DNA from: an uncultured Opitutales bacterium
GTDB lineage: Bacteria; Verrucomicrobiota; Verrucomicrobiia; Opitutales; CAYWEO01
Direction: 5' to 3'
NCBI GenBank assembly: GCA_964457855.1
Contig: CAYWEO010000012.1
Coordinates: forward strand, 1 to 30,104
DNA: 30,104 bases
Numbering within the stretch: the first letter of the stretch is position 1; each line of letters opens with the position of its first letter. Positions 28,008-30,104 of the stretch are shown in pieces. A program made the position numbers and the translations under genes. The notes beneath the pieces are model-generated. The model worked only from the letters and a program-made list of their open reading frames with translations, was not told where the DNA came from and ran no database searches.

Positions 28008-30104
28008 ATGAAAATACACAAAAAATACACTAACGTAGCACTTGCAGTACTCTTGACGGTTGTCAATTGGGCGACTGTTGGGGCTACTATAAAGGAGCAT
28101 CAAGATACTCCTGAAAACCAAGGCACTTTTGAAAAAATTGACAAGAATGCCTTTAAAAAGCACCAAGAAATGCTTCAACAAAAACAGCCAAACATCGTTG
28201 TCAGCGAAGTAGTCGATGCGAAAGATCTTAAAATAGTGCAGAACGCGGAGAACAGCATCAAGGCAGGGGTGCAGGACTGGAAATTCAACCCCAATCTAGA
28301 CGAACCCCTTGTGATCCATGGTCGAGGTGGAAAGTTGAGCTTAAATCCTATCTACGATAAGGACTTCATGGAGCTGCTCTGTGGGTTTATAAGAAGAACT
28401 TACCTGATATCCAAACGGACGAACTTTGATGGAAAGATTGAGTTCTGTAACCCTGACATGCAAAAAAGTGTTTTTGGCGTCCAACAAGAGACTGCGCTCA
28501 CGGGATCAACCATTAACTATGGTAGTGAACGGTTTGAAGTGATTGCCATAAAGAGTTCTGTCTATTGTACGCAAGGGACGGCAATGCAAGAGAAGGCCCC
28601 TGGCGCGTTTGTGGCATTGGTTAAAGACAATCAGGAGAAATGCTTCCACATTTTTGTTTGCGTAAGAGGTTCTCAGTCAGAAAACTTTTTAGTCGGTCAA
28701 TTCAATCCAGAAGCAGGAAATTTATGGAACCCTTGGTCTGGATTTTTGCCTATAACCCAAAGGTGGGCCTTGTATCTTGCAGGTTATAAGGATCTGTTTG
28801 GACCAAGCTGGCAAAGTAACGAGTACGCGGTTGCTATCCCACTAAAGAAGGCTTTCTTTGGCATTGATGGCTTTGGTCATGCGGGTTTTGCTTCGCTGTT
28901 TGCAAGTATACAGCCAGGAGTGACGGAAGACGTCATCCAGATGCTCTACTTAATTCCCTCCTATTATTGGAAGTACGTAGTCATAAATGCTAGCGGGCAT
29001 AGTCAAGGAGAAGGGGTTGATAACTACCTAGCCCCGTACCTTGCCTCGATTTTCAAGGGCATTATTCCCGGCAAAAATCGGATTCATGCGATAGGCTTTT
29101 CATCGCCACGCACCTTTCAGGGACAACAAACGATTGATAATGCCTATGCAGCCATGGATGGTAAGGATAATGTCGTCAATATTTGTTCTCCGTTCGATGT
29201 GGTGACTAACGTAGCGCCAGGAAAGTATGCTGAGAACAATCTGATGGCGAAGCTTGCGCTTCCAAGACTGGGATTTAGCACAGGATATCTTTCATTTGGC
29301 CACTACATGTTTGTGAACACTGAAATACTTTTGAAAACTTCATTTCAGTTGAGCGCTGGAAAAGCCTCAGAAAGGGTCAAATTGCTGACCAAGCAGGCAA
29401 AAAAATGCAAAGACGTGAAACAATTGGCCATTATACAGGAAGCACTTAAGGCTGCTGAAGCGAACGTCCAAAAGTACACCAAGCTCCTAGAAGAAGCACC
29501 CAAATTGGCGGATCTTTATGGGAAGTTGTATCAATTGGATATAGAGAGTAAGAAGGTGTTCCAAGCATGGGAAAAACGTCAGAAAAAGACACAATCTTGG
29601 ACGAGCTTTAAGTCTTGGAAGAAGTGGGGTGTAGGCGTTTCCAAGGATACAGTGCAGTCTTTAAAGAATGTACTTTCGGGGAATGCGACAGAGCAATACA
29701 AGATCCTCGGTGAAATTATCAGCACCATGGGTGTTGCTAGTGGTGGCTCGCTAGGAGCAGGAGTGAAGCAGGAGATCGCGGTGTGCCACTTCGGAGTCCT
29801 CTGTTACAATAGTGACGATCCACGCGATCATGGTGGCGAGTTTTTCTATCCTGAGCTTCTCAATAGAATTTTCAAGCAAACAAGCTTTGAAGATTGTTTG
29901 AAGTGGGGACAAGAACACTACGCATTGGAAGATATCAGTGCCACGATACCTGCAAGCACTGCAACACCTACCAAATACGAGAGTTCGAAACCTCTGAAGC
30001 AAGAAACAAAAAAGATGCAACCCCTTCAGAATAACGAAAAAGTCAATGATTATCAACAATCAGAAATTAAACAAGTAAAAACCCAAGAAGTAAAAGCTTA
30101 TTGA
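28008..30104 (+). CDS. Exported class-3-lipase-like alpha/beta hydrolase, paralog 2, with K/Q/E-rich helical insert and tail
   Basis: The N-terminus is signal-like: MKIHKKYTNVALAVLLTVVNWATVGA. The motif order matches paralog 1: IFVCVRGSQS, FGHAGF, GHSQG (Ser codon 29001-29003), FSSPRT, FDVVTNV and a distal CHFG. The stop TGA is the last 3 nt of the window. Confidence 0.7.
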   Translation: MKIHKKYTNVALAVLLTVVNWATVGATIKEHQDTPENQGTFEKIDKNAFKKHQEMLQQKQPNIVVSEVVDAKDLKIVQNAENSIKAGVQDWKFNPNLDEPLVIHGRGGKLSLNPIYDKDFMELLCGFIRRTYLISKRTNFDGKIEFCNPDMQKSVFGVQQETALTGSTINYGSERFEVIAIKSSVYCTQGTAMQEKAPGAFVALVKDNQEKCFHIFVCVRGSQSENFLVGQFNPEAGNLWNPWSGFLPITQRWALYLAGYKDLFGPSWQSNEYAVAIPLKKAFFGIDGFGHAGFASLFASIQPGVTEDVIQMLYLIPSYYWKYVVINASGHSQGEGVDNYLAPYLASIFKGIIPGKNRIHAIGFSSPRTFQGQQTIDNAYAAMDGKDNVVNICSPFDVVTNVAPGKYAENNLMAKLALPRLGFSTGYLSFGHYMFVNTEILLKTSFQLSAGKASERVKLLTKQAKKCKDVKQLAIIQEALKAAEANVQKYTKLLEEAPKLADLYGKLYQLDIESKKVFQAWEKRQKKTQSWTSFKSWKKWGVGVSKDTVQSLKNVLSGNATEQYKILGEIISTMGVASGGSLGAGVKQEIAVCHFGVLCYNSDDPRDHGGEFFYPELLNRIFKQTSFEDCLKWGQEHYALEDISATIPASTATPTKYESSKPLKQETKKMQPLQNNEKVNDYQQSEIKQVKTQEVKAY

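Noticed and set aside
1-30104. Screened intergenic regions for tRNA, rRNA, tmRNA, riboswitches (including a lysine element before lysC), transposase ends and toxin-antitoxin pairs.
   Set aside because: Nothing has cloverleaf-compatible or otherwise recognisable structure. lysC is internal to the lpxA-plsY-lysC-rumA operon with overlapping or 28-nt junctions, leaving no room for a leader. No IS-like ORF is present.

Overview
This is a bacterial chromosomal window with about 21 credible protein-coding genes. I recognise no rRNA, tRNA, CRISPR array, transposase or phage gene. The housekeeping backbone is a DnaQ-like exonuclease, a polytopic permease, murJ, a divergent ftsZ-family gene, a rumA/rlmD-like methyltransferase, lysC, plsY, lpxA, hldD, holA, rpsA and a beta-carbonic anhydrase. 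Three visibly A/T-richer accessory blocks interrupt it, each a tandem array of paralogs with export signals: three minus-strand eukaryote-like cysteine-containing LRR proteins (516-5336), three plus-strand signal-peptide LRR-like proteins (11164-16551), and two plus-strand class-3-lipase-like proteins (26328-30104). The content (LPS genes, murJ, tandem families of exported eukaryote-like repeat proteins) suggests a Gram-negative, host-associated and possibly intracellular bacterium. It has a PVC-like (chlamydia/verrucomicrobia-like) flavour by impression only; the taxon cannot be established from this window. Four things are most worth a second look. (1) An FtsZ homolog is translationally coupled to murJ, outside any dcw context. 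It keeps the tubulin signature and a C-terminal anchor peptide, but its T1 and T7 GTPase loops look degenerate. (2) A family of compound palindromic intergenic repeats (two hairpin types plus a spacer) has conserved outer stems, while inner stems differ between copies yet stay self-complementary. One inverted pair brackets a 266-bp promoter-bearing core between lpxA and hldD. (3) In the paralog arrays, the RBS plus signal-peptide modules are far better conserved at DNA level than the protein bodies. One member has a polybasic NLS-like N-terminus instead of a signal peptide. (4) A 48-bp relic of the rumA 3' end lies between two LRR genes and differs from the live gene only at synonymous sites over 13 codons. 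All functional calls rest on motif reading by eye; no database search was possible.
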